64,000 nt of DNA, taken from NCBI GenBank assembly GCA_963675525.2, contig CAXXSL010000001.1:96001-160000 (forward strand), given 5' to 3'. The stretch comes from Anaerohalosphaeraceae bacterium (GTDB taxonomy: Bacteria; Planctomycetota; Phycisphaerae; Sedimentisphaerales; Anaerohalosphaeraceae). Made by a program: the position numbers and the translations under genes. The notes under the pieces were generated by a model that saw only the letters and a list, made by a program, of their open reading frames with translations, did not search any database and had not been told where the DNA came from. The stretch's first letter is position 1. The number at the start of each line of letters is the position of its first letter. Positions 9,805 through 19,731 of this stretch are shown piece by piece.

Positions 9805-10397
9805 GAATACAGGAATACAAGAACACATGGACTCAAGAATGTGGAATCTCGACGAGGCGGGGGGCTGTTTTTTGGTCGGGCGATGTGGTTTCGCACTCTG
9901 TTGAAATTTTCAATTTCAGTCTCGAGGCCTGAGACTCGAGACTTGAGGTTTTTAGGCCTCAGCGGGCGGTTTTCGCCCACACAAGTATTATAGCAAATCG
10001 GGGTGAGGATTGCGGCTGTTTTTTTGGAATTTTTTGACACTGATTTACGCAGATTTACACTGAATATTTTAGACGGGATTTACAGAATTGACGCGAATCA
10101 ATTTAACCATGAAGATAATGAAGGGCGGGAAGGTTTTTTGCCACAGAGAGCCACAGAGAAAACACAGAGGGAATCGTTGGGGCGTTTTCAACGCTCCACA
10201 GGTCAAGTCGGGCGGGCTATGCTCCAAACGCGTTTGTGCGCTACCCCACCAGCCTCGTCCTGCTGTCCTCCGGCCAGACGATTCCGGGAGGATTCTCCTA
10301 TTTTGCTTGATTTGCTTAAAACGGGCCGGAAGTGCTCGATGCAAGCGTCTGTGCCATCCGACCTATTTTAATCAGCCATCCTATCGCTGAGGCGATT

Positions 10398-10711
10398 CGG
10401 TGTGAATTAGCCTGGCGGGTTCCTTCGCTAAAGCTACGGAGGATGAGTTTTTTTGGGGTTTTTGGTTGTTGATTTGGAATATAAGGGGTAGAATTAGGGG
10501 GCATCATTTGTTTTTACACAAAACAGGGCAGGGATAATTTTTAATTCTTAATTTTGAGTTTTGAATTATTTGAAATCCGCCTACGCTAAAGCTTTGGCGG
10601 GACAAGATGGCGGGAGAGGCGGAAATTATGAAGAGGAACTTTTTTGTTTTACTATTCATGAACATTGCAAAGGAATGGATGGACGTTTTGACCAAAATGT
10701 TTTAGAGCGAG
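10398..10711 (+). repeat. ~300-bp direct repeat, copy 1
   Basis: Aligns by eye with 11238-11520 (TGGAATATAAGGG...CAGGGATAATTTTT...AAATCCGCCTACGCT...GATGGCGGGAGAGGCGGAAATTATGAAGAGGAAC...GGAATGGATGGA.GTTTTGACCA). Confidence 0.9.
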
Positions 10712-10767
10712 GAGAAAAAGGGAGATGATTTCTTGATTTATCTCAAATGGAATGACAGGGGTATAAT

Positions 10768-11220
10768 ATGAGTCTTATAGATCTCATAGAGGACGCAAAA
10801 ATGCTTTGGTGTGCTGGTCGCAAAGAGAGCGCATTTGTTCTTGTGTTGATTGCAGTTGCTGCAACTTCGAGAAAACGATTTCCCAAGCCAATTTCCGATA
10901 GAGATGCGTTTAAGAGATTTGTTTTAAGTGTAATGGACACAATTACTGGAGGCCCAAAATATAATGTTGCTTTTCCTTTTAAAGGGGTAAAAACTCCGCT
11001 GGAAGACATCCTTTATCACCATTTACGTTGCCAATTAGTACACGAAGGCGAAATGCCAGAAAGTATAGTCTTTACAGCACCTGTGAGGGGAAAAGGAAAA
11101 TCATTTAATGTACTCCGTTTGAATGATCCGCTAGGTTTTCCTGAGGGGTGGGTATTAAATTTACTTCGTTCTGTCGAAAGTGCCCCCGAAAATAACGGAA
11201 TAGGAGGAAAAGGTGTCTGA
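10768..11220 (+). CDS. Hypothetical protein (AT-rich, 150 aa)
   Basis: Intact ORF between the two direct repeats. Contains LYHHLRCQLVHEG, an RxxxxH HEPN-like pattern (inference). Confidence 0.7.
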   Translation: MSLIDLIEDAKMLWCAGRKESAFVLVLIAVAATSRKRFPKPISDRDAFKRFVLSVMDTITGGPKYNVAFPFKGVKTPLEDILYHHLRCQLVHEGEMPESIVFTAPVRGKGKSFNVLRLNDPLGFPEGWVLNLLRSVESAPENNGIGGKGV

Positions 11221-11237
11221 CCCCTTGGTAATTTATC

Positions 11238-11520
11238 CGGTGTCGAATTAGCCAATGGATGGTTCGTTCGCTAAAGCTACGTGGAATATAAGGGTTAGAA
11301 TTAGGGGGAATCATTTGTATTTACACAAAATAGGGCAGGGATAATTTTTAATGCTTAATTTTGAGTTTTGAATTATTTAAAATCCGCCTACGCTTGAGCT
11401 TTGGCGTGATCAAGATGGCGGGAGAGGCGGAAATTATGAAGAGGAACTTTTCTGTTTGACTATTCCTGAACATTACAAAGGAATGGATGGAGGTTTTGAC
11501 CAGAAGGTTTTCGAGAGAGA
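11238..11520 (+). repeat. ~300-bp direct repeat, copy 2
   Basis: Second copy, with scattered substitutions and a ~35-bp deletion after GCTAAAGCTACG. Confidence 0.9.
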
Positions 11521-11576
11521 AAGGTCCGGAAGAAGGGGACTGATCCTTTAATTTATCTGAAGAGCAAACAAGATAA

Positions 11577-12686
11577 TGAAAAAGTTTATTGTATTCGGGC
11601 TACTGTTGAATGTCGTAAATATTCTATGCTAATGACCCTAATCAAATAGTCTTGTTATATATGGCTCAAGATGTTTCTCAGTCAATTACTACTGATGAAA
11701 CAATTTCTGTAATTAAACGAGGCGAAATAGGACAACTTGAATAATACAAATCGCTCGATAATAAAGTACTTGCATTGGAGGAGAGCATAAATCAAACGAA
11801 AACAGAACTTTGACTCCGAGTTGGACTACCAAATCAAATGCAATGAGAAAGCTATAAATAGTGTCAACATCAGTATATCAGGCGCTTCTTGTGCTTTATC
11901 ATTTTGGGGGAATCTGATTACTGTGGTTGGGATAGTCGTTGGTATTCTGGCTATTGGTCTTGGGATTTCTATAACAAGACAAGTTGAAAAAGTGAAGAGT
12001 ATAGCAGAAGAAAGCAGAGTAATTTTTGATAGACATTTAAAAATCCGAAATGAGGTGAGATATCTTGACAAAAACATAAAGAGTAATATGAAGGGGCTAT
12101 ATAGTGATCTAAAGACAGAAGAAACAAGGGCATTAGTTGAAAGACTGGTCGAAGTGCCAGAGGATGTGGAGAATCTTTCTGAAAGCTTGTTAAGTCGAGA
12201 AATCTCGGGAGAATTATTTCCGAAAATTAAAAAAGCTTACCAATTTGTTTCAGAAACAGATACTGTGATGTTGGCAGGTTGCAAACAAAAATATCGTATT
12301 TTACTTTTTCAGCATTTTTCAGGTCAATCTCTTTTTGATAGAGATTTAGAGGATGAAATGGAAAACGACTATCCTACCTTGATGGATTGTAGCTTTAGTA
12401 ATGATATAATAAAAGCATCGGGAGATTTCATTGCAGTAACGATAGAAAAAGGCGATATTTTTAAGTATAGTGAAAAAATAAAGAAATTCCTGTTGCCGGG
12501 ATTCAACAAAGTAGATATAAAGATGATTTAAAGGTATTTAAGCACATGTATAACAGCTTGCGCACAAAGGAAAATAGATTCAATTTGAACTCGATTGTAC
12601 AACAGGGAAAAGGGGCGTTGGTAGTTGTTAACAAATTTCGTGAGTGCCTGATGGCTGATTACAAAGATAGTCCGGAAATTCTGTGA
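11577..12686 (+). pseudogene. Fragmented AT-rich membrane-anchored protein gene
   Basis: Signal-like start MKKFIVFGLLL at 11577, then the main ORF 11821-12531 with a TM helix. An open continuation in another frame (DDLKVFKHMY...SPEIL*) runs to 12686. Confidence 0.55.
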
Positions 12687-12742
12687 CATAGAATGAAATA
12701 CTAACTGGTATTACAGAAACAATCGAGAGCGGAAAAAGAGAA

Positions 12743-13597
12743 ATGAATAAAGAAAAAGATCTTCTAGTGAATTATTACATAGTGGCTTGTATCGACCTTC
12801 TAGGGCAGCAAGAGTTATTGCGAGAACTAACTTCTTTACCAGATAAAAAATCAGCATAAGAAATACAGAGTTTCAAGCAGACACTCCGGGATACGTACGC
12901 TCGGTTCTAGAAATGCGTGAACTATTTAATTGCTTTTACAAGAGTTTTACTGAAAAACCAACTATAGTTCTAAGTAAACTCACAGCGGAACAGCAAATAG
13001 AATTTGAATCTAATAAGATGTACACCGATAAAATTCCAGCAATTTTCTGATTCACTAATTATATATATGAGCTTTAATGCAGACCATGTAAAATGTCCAA
13101 CTTGTGGAATTTATGGCATATTTTTAGCTGCAGCATCTACTTTTATAACATGTATGTCTCTTGGTCACCCTATCAGAGGAGGTATTGATGTTGGCTTAGG
13201 GATGGAGATTTCAGATGATGAAATTTATGGGTCAGCATTATCCCGTGCATTCACTTTAGAATCAACGATAGCAAATTATCCAAGAATTATAATTGGCGAC
13301 GAACTAATACATTATTTAAAGATTACAAAAAAACAAAAGGCTACAGAACCTTGTTCAATTGCAGCGAAAAGCTTTGCGAATGAATGCTTAAACCTTTTAG
13401 CGGAAGATGAGGATGGTTACCCTTTTATAGATTATTTGGGTGAAACGATGAAACCATTAATCTATACGGAAAATACGCCTGTTTCCTATATTCATAAGGC
13501 ATACGAAAAAATAGTAGCGTGTTCTGAAAAGTTTAAGAAAATCAAGAACAGCAAACTTGCATTTCGTTACACTCTTTTACGAAATTATTTTGAGTAA
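12743..13597 (+). pseudogene. Disrupted class III nucleotide-cyclase-like hypothetical protein
   Basis: MNKEK...VACIDLLGQQ, then an in-frame TAA at 12857 and two frameshifts, then FSDS...IRGGIDVG...YGSALSRAFTLE...YPRIII. Confidence 0.55.
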
Positions 13598-13714
13598 CGA
13601 TTACCGCTTATAGAAAGATTGATGTTATCTGTTTCTCAATTTCTATTTCAAATTCTTGAAAGTTGGCCCTCGGCGGAAAAATCAGGGGGGGGGATGCATG
13701 ATTGGGCTTTCTAT

Positions 13715-13905
13715 CCACGCCCTCACGGGCGAGGCTACAACGTTGCGCCCGCTGCGCGGGCTTGTGGATGGGGATGCGATTTTTTTCCACGGGCTGACGG
13801 ACGAGGCTAGAACATGGCGCCCGCTGCGCGGGCTTGTCGATGGGGATGTGTTTTTGTTTCCACGGGCTGACGGGCGAGGCTACAACATGGCGCCCTGCGG
13901 GCTTC
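13715..13905. repeat. Three tandem ~72-bp REP/BIME-like palindromic units
   Basis: CCACG..CT.ACGG.CGAGGCTA.AAC.T.GCGCCC(GC)TGCG(CG)GGCT starting at 13715, 13787 and 13860. Confidence 0.85.
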
Positions 13906-13918
13906 CCACCCTATGGTA

Positions 13919-16247
13919 TTAAATCCAGCGACGAATCCATGATCGTACGCCGATGTCGCTTTTTACCATTACGACTGGTTTTGGGGTTCTGGTGGCTATT
14001 TTTTCGGGGAGTGACATTTGGCCCATCTGGGCGAGGAGTGGTTTTTCGGTTGTTCCGAGGACGACGAGGTCGTAGTCTTTTGCTTCTTTCAAAATGGCCT
14101 TGACGACGGATTTTGCCTTGACGGTTTTTGTCCTGAGGGTGGCGCGGGGGATATCGAATTTTTTGGCGCTGGCTTCGAGGAACTCCTCGAAGTCCAGCGC
14201 GCCGCGGCCGGTATCGACGCTGAAGGCGGTGACGGTTCCTTCGTCGGGGGCGGTCAGGATCGAGGCGATCTCGAGGGCGAGTGCTCCGTTGGGGCCGCCT
14301 GCGATGGGGACGAGTGCGGTTTTGAAGACCTTGTTGCCGCCGCAGTCTTTGAGGACGACGACGTTGCAGGGGGACTGCTCGATGATGGGGTCGATTTTTG
14401 AGCCAAGGTTGAAGATCCGGTGATGGGTGGCGCCGTGCCAGCCGAGGACCAGCATCTTGGTTCTTTTTTCACGGATGGCGGTGACGATGCCGCGTGCGAC
14501 GTTTCGGCAGTAGCGTATGGTCGTGCTGATGGGGAAGTGCAGCGTCAGCGAGAGCATGACTTCGTAGAGGGCTTCTTTGCCGGTTTGGGTGTATTTTTCG
14601 GCATCATGCAGCGAGACCTGGTCGGGGACCTGTACCATGTGGATGAGTTCGAGCTGTGCATCCTTTGCCCCGCACAGACGGAAGGTGCTTTGTATGAGCT
14701 GGTTTGCGTTGGCGGGATTGGCGACGGCGACCATGATCTGGATATTTGTCTTTGAGCGGTTCTTGTGTAGTGCTGTATGCTCCTCGATGACGAGTATTTC
14801 GTCTTCGGTTGTGGTGGCCCGCGAGCGTGCATAGAACCAATAGATGCCCATGCCCGCTGAATATCCATAGGGGTGCGACGATCCAGGCGATCAGGCTCAT
14901 GTGGACCAGCCAGACGGCGAGGACGACCTGACAGATGATGGCGAGTATCGGGAACAGCGGAAACAGCGGCATCAGGAAGCCGTAGGTCAGCTCGTCGGCC
15001 ATGGAGCGGCGAATCTTGATGACGCAGAGGTTGACCAGGAAAAACAGGAACAGGAACATGATGGACGCGCTGGAGGCGACGTCTTTGGTCGGCAGCAGGG
15101 TTGTGACAACGAGGACGATGACGCTGGTTGCGATGAGCGCGCCGTAGGGGGTGTTTTTGGTTTTGTGAATCAGGGCGAAGAACTTCGGGAGCATGCTGTC
15201 GCGGCCGAGGGCGTAGGAGGCACGCGTCGCCGAGTAGATGGTGGCGTTGAGCGCCGAGGTTGAGGAGAAGATGACGGCCAGCGTTAAGATGAAGTGGCCG
15301 AAGGGCATCAGTCGCGACACGGCTTCGCCAAAGCCCTTTTCGTGAAAGCTGCCGATCCATTGCCAGGCGGGCCCTTCGACGCCTTGTGTGCCGGTCTTGA
15401 CCGAGACGACGGTCGCAAAGGCGACGAGAATATAGATTATCGTGACGATGCAGACCGAGTAGATCATGGCTTTGGGCAGATTGCGGCGTGGGTCGATGGC
15501 TTCGTCGCCGGCCTGCGCGATGACCTCGTAGCCTTCGAAGGCGACGTAGGTAAAGCCCATGGTGACCAGTAACTGTGACCAGCCCTTGGGCATGAACGGC
15601 GTGAAGTTGGCCAGACGCGATGGGTCCTTTATCACGGCGATAATGCCGACGATGCCGATGGTGACGACAAAGACCGTCTGGCCCATGGTGATGATGGCGC
15701 CGATCTTGCCGGTTTCGGACGCGCCGCGAAAGTTGATGTAGATGAACGTGATCACTGTGATGACGGCGACGACTTTGACGATGGTCATCTCAAGTGATTG
15801 TGCCTGGACGGAGCCGGGGGGCAATCCGGCCATATTGTATAAACCGTTGAGCCAGCCGAGTGCATTGATGAAATGAACGGTGTAGATGGCGAAGGTCAGT
15901 GCATACATGCTGCCGGCAACGGAGGAGGCGAACCATTCCATCCAGCCGGCCAAAAAGCTTGTGCCCCTGCCAAAGCCGATGCGTGCGAAATTATAGGCAC
16001 CGCCGGCGCGGGGGATGGCGGAGCTTAACTCGGCAAAACTCATCGCGGTGAACATCGCAAGCAGTCCGTTGAGGGCGAAGGTCAGGACGACTCCGCCGGG
16101 GCCTGCTTCGGCAATAGAGATTCCCATGCCGAGAAAGACGCCGGCGCCGATCATCATGCCGAGGCCCATCATGGTAATATGAAAGAGCGACAGTTCGCGG
16201 GAAAGTTCCGGTGTTGGTTGGGAAGAAGGGCGGGGGCTAGGTGCCAT
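13919..16247 (-). CDS. APC-family amino acid permease with C-terminal universal-stress-protein (USP) domains; one frameshift near 14860
   Basis: ORF 14604-16247 has GMMIGAGVF, ELSSAIPRAGGAY and AFEGYE motifs. ORF 13919-14851 has USP motifs (LVLGWHG, LVPIAGGPN, YDLVVLG). The two join at LWI/xAGMGIYWFY if one base is removed. Confidence 0.8.
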
Positions 16248-16395
16248 TATTCTTGTCCTTCAGCGTTTCCCGGGCCGTCCGGTAGCCGTCAGACGCGATA
16301 CGCTCAATCGAAGCTCTTGACAGAAGGGTTATCACGATAACCGTCAATAAAGCCGCTGCGGTTAAAATAATGCCGATTAGAATGTCCTTTTCCAT
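16237..16395 (-). CDS. Small single-TM protein (52 aa) upstream of the permease
   Basis: MEKDILIGIILTAAALLTVIVITLLSRASIERIASDGYRTARETLKDKNNGT*. It overlaps the permease start and follows TTGCAT-17-TATAAA. Confidence 0.55.
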   Translation of the reverse strand: MEKDILIGIILTAAALLTVIVITLLSRASIERIASDGYRTARETLKDKNNGT

Positions 16396-16575
16396 AACGC
16401 GGTTTTATACCAGAAACAGCGACAATATGCAATGGCGGCCTTGACAAAGTGAAAATATCCGATTCCGGTTCGGTATTCGTTTCACAATGGCTGTTTTTTG
16501 CTGGATTTAGGGGGCTTTCGCTATACAATGCGAGATTGATTTGAAGGCAAAGCAGATTAACGGGATTATGACGAA

Positions 16576-17112
16576 ATGGAACAGGAAAAACGCATTCAGG
16601 TGCCGCTAAGCGATGAGGTGGTGCGTCGATTACGGGCCGGGGACGAGGTGTTGATTTCGGGGACGGTGCTGACCGCCCGGGACCAGGCACACAAACGGTT
16701 GTGTGCACTGATCGAACAGGGACGTCCTTTGCCGGTTGAGTTAGCCGGCGCCGTCATTTACTTTGTCGGGCCCACTCCGGCAGCGCCGGGAAAAGTGATC
16801 GGTGCGGCAGGGCCGACGACGTCGTCCCGCATGGATGCCTTTTCGCCGATGCTGTTTGCCGCCGGCTTGAAAGGGACCATTGGCAAGGGCTATCGCGGAC
16901 AGGCGGTACGCGAGGCGATGGTTCGCTGCGGCGGTGTGCATTTCGCAACACTGGGCGGGGCCGGGGCACTGTTGAGCAAGCACATTGTGAAAAGTGAGAT
17001 CGTGGCGTATGAAGACCTGGGTACCGAGGCCATCCGCCGGTTAACATTAGATAAGTTTCCGGCAATTGTGGCCTATGATTGCCACGGCAACAGCGTTTAT
17101 CAAAATCAGTAA
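16576..17112 (+). CDS. Fe-S hydro-lyase (fumarate hydratase / tartrate dehydratase) beta subunit
   Basis: TARDQAHKRL, GPTTSSRMD, IGKG and EDLGTEAIRRL motifs. Confidence 0.9.
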   Translation: MEQEKRIQVPLSDEVVRRLRAGDEVLISGTVLTARDQAHKRLCALIEQGRPLPVELAGAVIYFVGPTPAAPGKVIGAAGPTTSSRMDAFSPMLFAAGLKGTIGKGYRGQAVREAMVRCGGVHFATLGGAGALLSKHIVKSEIVAYEDLGTEAIRRLTLDKFPAIVAYDCHGNSVYQNQ

Positions 17113-17143
17113 TTTTTATTGATTATAATCAGGAGAAATTTCA

Positions 17144-18214
17144 TTGAAAGTTGCGTTGATAGGTTTAGTGCAGTCGGGGAAAAGTTCGGTGTTGTCCGCC
17201 GTCGGCGGCAAGGAACCGGCGATGGCGGGTTCGACGGATATTCACGAACAGGTGGTCCCGGTGCCGGATGACCGGCTGGACTGGCTGACGGGTCTGTACC
17301 AGCCGAAGAAAACAGTGCATGCGACGGTGGATTGCCAGGACCTGCCGGGGCTGTCGTTTCTGGATGAACACGGCCGCTCGGCGGCCCGCCGGTTGTTTAA
17401 TGATGTGCGTACGGTCGATATGTTTGTGATGGTGGTGCGGGCGTTTGACAATCCTTCTGTTCCGGCTTATCGCAATACGGTCAATCCGGCACGCGACCTG
17501 GAGGAGTTGAAGACCGAAATGCTTCTGGCCGATCTGGAGCTGGTAACCACGCGTATCGAACGGCTCGAAAAGCAGGTCCACAAGCCCACCAAGACGCAAA
17601 TGCGGGACAAGGCCGAATTGGAACTTCAGCTAAAACTGCAGGCGGCCATCGAATCCGAAAACCCCATCAGCAGCGTCATTGAAAATGATCTGCAACTGGA
17701 CCTGATCAAGCCGCTGAATTTTCTGACCCTTAAACCTGTGATGGTTGTTGTCAATATCGGCGAAGGCAAGCTCGATGAAACAGTCGATCTGAAAAAAGCA
17801 GTCGGTGATGAGGTCGAAGTCGTTCAATTGTGTGCGTCACTGGAAAGCGAACTGGCGCAACTGGATGAGGCGGACCGCGCCGAGTTTATGTCGGACATGG
17901 GGCTGACCGAGCCGGCGTCAAAGACATTTATTCAGTGTTGTTACCGAACGCTGGGACTGATCAGTTTTCTGACCGTGGGCAAAGACGAGGTCCGTGCCTG
18001 GACGATCCAGAAGGGCAACAGTGCGGTCGAAGCCGCGGGCAAGGTCCATAGCGATATCCAGCGGGGATTCATCCGGGCCGAAACGATGGCCTATGACGAC
18101 CTGAAAGAACTGGGCGATGAAAAAGCGGTCAAAGCCGCCGGCAAAATGCGGTTGGAAGGAAAGACCTACATCGTCAGCGATGGCGATATCATCAACTTCC
18201 GCTTTAATGTCTGA
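17144..18214 (+). CDS. YchF/Obg-family ATPase with C-terminal TGS (DUF933) domain
   Basis: VPVPDDRLD, DLPGL, EVRAWTI, AAGKVHSDIQRGFIRAE, RLEGKTYIVSDGDIINFRFNV. TTG start behind an AGGAG RBS. The P-loop is divergent (GLVQSGKSS). Confidence 0.85.
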   Translation: MKVALIGLVQSGKSSVLSAVGGKEPAMAGSTDIHEQVVPVPDDRLDWLTGLYQPKKTVHATVDCQDLPGLSFLDEHGRSAARRLFNDVRTVDMFVMVVRAFDNPSVPAYRNTVNPARDLEELKTEMLLADLELVTTRIERLEKQVHKPTKTQMRDKAELELQLKLQAAIESENPISSVIENDLQLDLIKPLNFLTLKPVMVVVNIGEGKLDETVDLKKAVGDEVEVVQLCASLESELAQLDEADRAEFMSDMGLTEPASKTFIQCCYRTLGLISFLTVGKDEVRAWTIQKGNSAVEAAGKVHSDIQRGFIRAETMAYDDLKELGDEKAVKAAGKMRLEGKTYIVSDGDIINFRFNV

Positions 18215-18235
18215 GACAGAAGGGTTGCGTGCAGA

Positions 18236-18268
18236 CTTTCGGAGATCATTTCTCTGAAAGGCCTTTTT
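18236..18268 (+). terminator. Intrinsic terminator
   Basis: CTTTCGGAGA-tcatt-TCTCTGAAAG followed by GCCTTTTT. Confidence 0.5.
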
Positions 18269-18362
18269 CAATTAATTCATCGATATCAAGGTACTTGAGC
18301 ACGATATGGACACAAAAAGATAAAGCCTTGTAAATAATTGCATTTACAAGACTTTAAAGGAA

Positions 18363-18435
18363 TGAAGGTGTTGGGGCTCGAACCCAAGACCTACGGCTTA
18401 AAAGGCCGTTGCTCTACCAACTGAGCTACACCTCC
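18363..18435 (-). tRNA. tRNA-Lys (anticodon TTT)
   Basis: GGAGGTGTAGCTCAGTTGGTAGAGCAACGGCCTTTTAAGCCGTAGGTCTTGGGTTCGAGCCCCAACACCTTCA folds into a cloverleaf with loop CTTTTAA. CCA is not encoded. Confidence 0.95.
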
Positions 18436-18653
18436 GGTCAAAGAATCCAATACTGTAAAGATTATATCGCCGATTTCAAGAAAAAACACCTGAATTCGAT
18501 GAAAAAAATCATTTTAACGGTTTCAGGCAGGCTTTGAGCTGGATTTTTGTGCTTATTTCCGTCCGGTTTTCAGTGGGGTTCAAAGTGATTGTTTTCCAAT
18601 CCTGTTTCCGGTACAATTTGATTGGCCATAACGGGTTTAAAGTGTGAGGTATT

Positions 18654-19730
18654 ATGACAAGGCCGTTACAATTGGACGAGTTGCGGAAGACCAAAAAGAT
18701 CGCGGTTCTGTCACCGGTGGCGTGGCGGACGCCGCCGCGGCAGTATGGGGCGTGGGAAACCGTGGCGAGCAATATTGCCGAAGGATTGGTCCATCGCGGC
18801 TGGGATGTAACCCTGTTTGCGACGGCTGATTCGGTCACAAAGGCTAAACTGCATTCTGTGATCGAGTGTGGTTATGAGGAAGACCCGACGCAGGAAGCAA
18901 AGGTGGTCGAGTGCCTGCAGATTTCCGAAATGATGGAGCATGCGGATGAGTTTGATTTGATTCACAATAATTACGACTTTTTGCCGCTGACGTACAGCCG
19001 CCTGATTCATACGCCGATGCTGACGACAATACACGGGTTTTCATCAGACAACATTCGCCGGGTCTATCACAAATATAAACATGATTCGTACTATGTTTCC
19101 ATCAGTGACTCGGACAGGGATAACCAATTACCATATCTGGCGACGGTTTATAACGGGATAGATATGTCGAATCTGACTTTCAGAGAAAAGGGCGGCGACA
19201 AACTTGTGTTTCTTGGCCGCATTCATCCGGATAAAGGCACGCACCTGGCTTGCGAAACAGCTAAAAAAGCGGGGATGCAGTTGATTATTGCCGGGATTAT
19301 TCAGGATGAGAACTATTTCAACGAAAAGGTTAAGCCGACTATTGATGATAAGCAGATTACCTATATCGGTCCGGTTGGGCCGAAAGAGCGGGACGCGTTG
19401 TTTGAACAGGCATACGCGGTATTGCACTTGAATGAGTTACCCGAGCGGTTCGGGCTGGTGATGGCTGAGGCGATGGCGGCAGGTGTTCCGGTGATTGCTT
19501 ATGACAGGGGTTCGTGCCGGGAGGTTGTGGCGGATAAGGAAACGGGTTTTTTGGTAACCAATGTGGATGAAGCGGTTGAAGCGGTTAAAAAGATTGATAC
19601 AATAGACCGTACTGCTTGCCGCAGGCGTGTGGAAGAGAATTTTTCGATTCCGACGATGATTGCGGCGTATGAAAAAGTGTATAGTGACATCTTCCAACTC
19701 GAAGAAGAAAAAACACATGCGAGGTATTAA
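18654..19730 (+). CDS. Glycosyltransferase family 4
   Basis: PPRQYGAWE, FLGRIHPDKG and ERFGLVMAEAMAAGVPVI motifs. Confidence 0.9.
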   Translation: MTRPLQLDELRKTKKIAVLSPVAWRTPPRQYGAWETVASNIAEGLVHRGWDVTLFATADSVTKAKLHSVIECGYEEDPTQEAKVVECLQISEMMEHADEFDLIHNNYDFLPLTYSRLIHTPMLTTIHGFSSDNIRRVYHKYKHDSYYVSISDSDRDNQLPYLATVYNGIDMSNLTFREKGGDKLVFLGRIHPDKGTHLACETAKKAGMQLIIAGIIQDENYFNEKVKPTIDDKQITYIGPVGPKERDALFEQAYAVLHLNELPERFGLVMAEAMAAGVPVIAYDRGSCREVVADKETGFLVTNVDEAVEAVKKIDTIDRTACRRRVEENFSIPTMIAAYEKVYSDIFQLEEEKTHARY

Positions 19731-19731
19731 T

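Noticed and set aside
10628..10705. Small peptide MKRNFFVLLFMNIAKEWMDVLTKMF within the direct repeat
   Set aside because: The same frame has an early TGA in copy 2, so it is not conserved.
10743..13620. Integron cassette array
   Set aside because: No intI and no convincing RYYYAAC...GTTRRRY attC structures after the ORFs.
13715..13905. Possible CRISPR array (~72-bp period)
   Set aside because: The intervening segments resemble each other (TGT.GATGGGGATG.G.TTTT), the repeats are degenerate, and no cas genes are present. It fits a REP/BIME-like tandem.
16250..16450. c-di-AMP (ydaO) or amino-acid riboswitch upstream of the permease
   Set aside because: No consensus elements were seen. The region is explained by a promoter and a small ORF.
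18250..18440. Prophage or genomic island integrated at tRNA-Lys
   Set aside because: No integrase and no duplicated tRNA 3' end found in the window. The adjacent gene is YchF-like.
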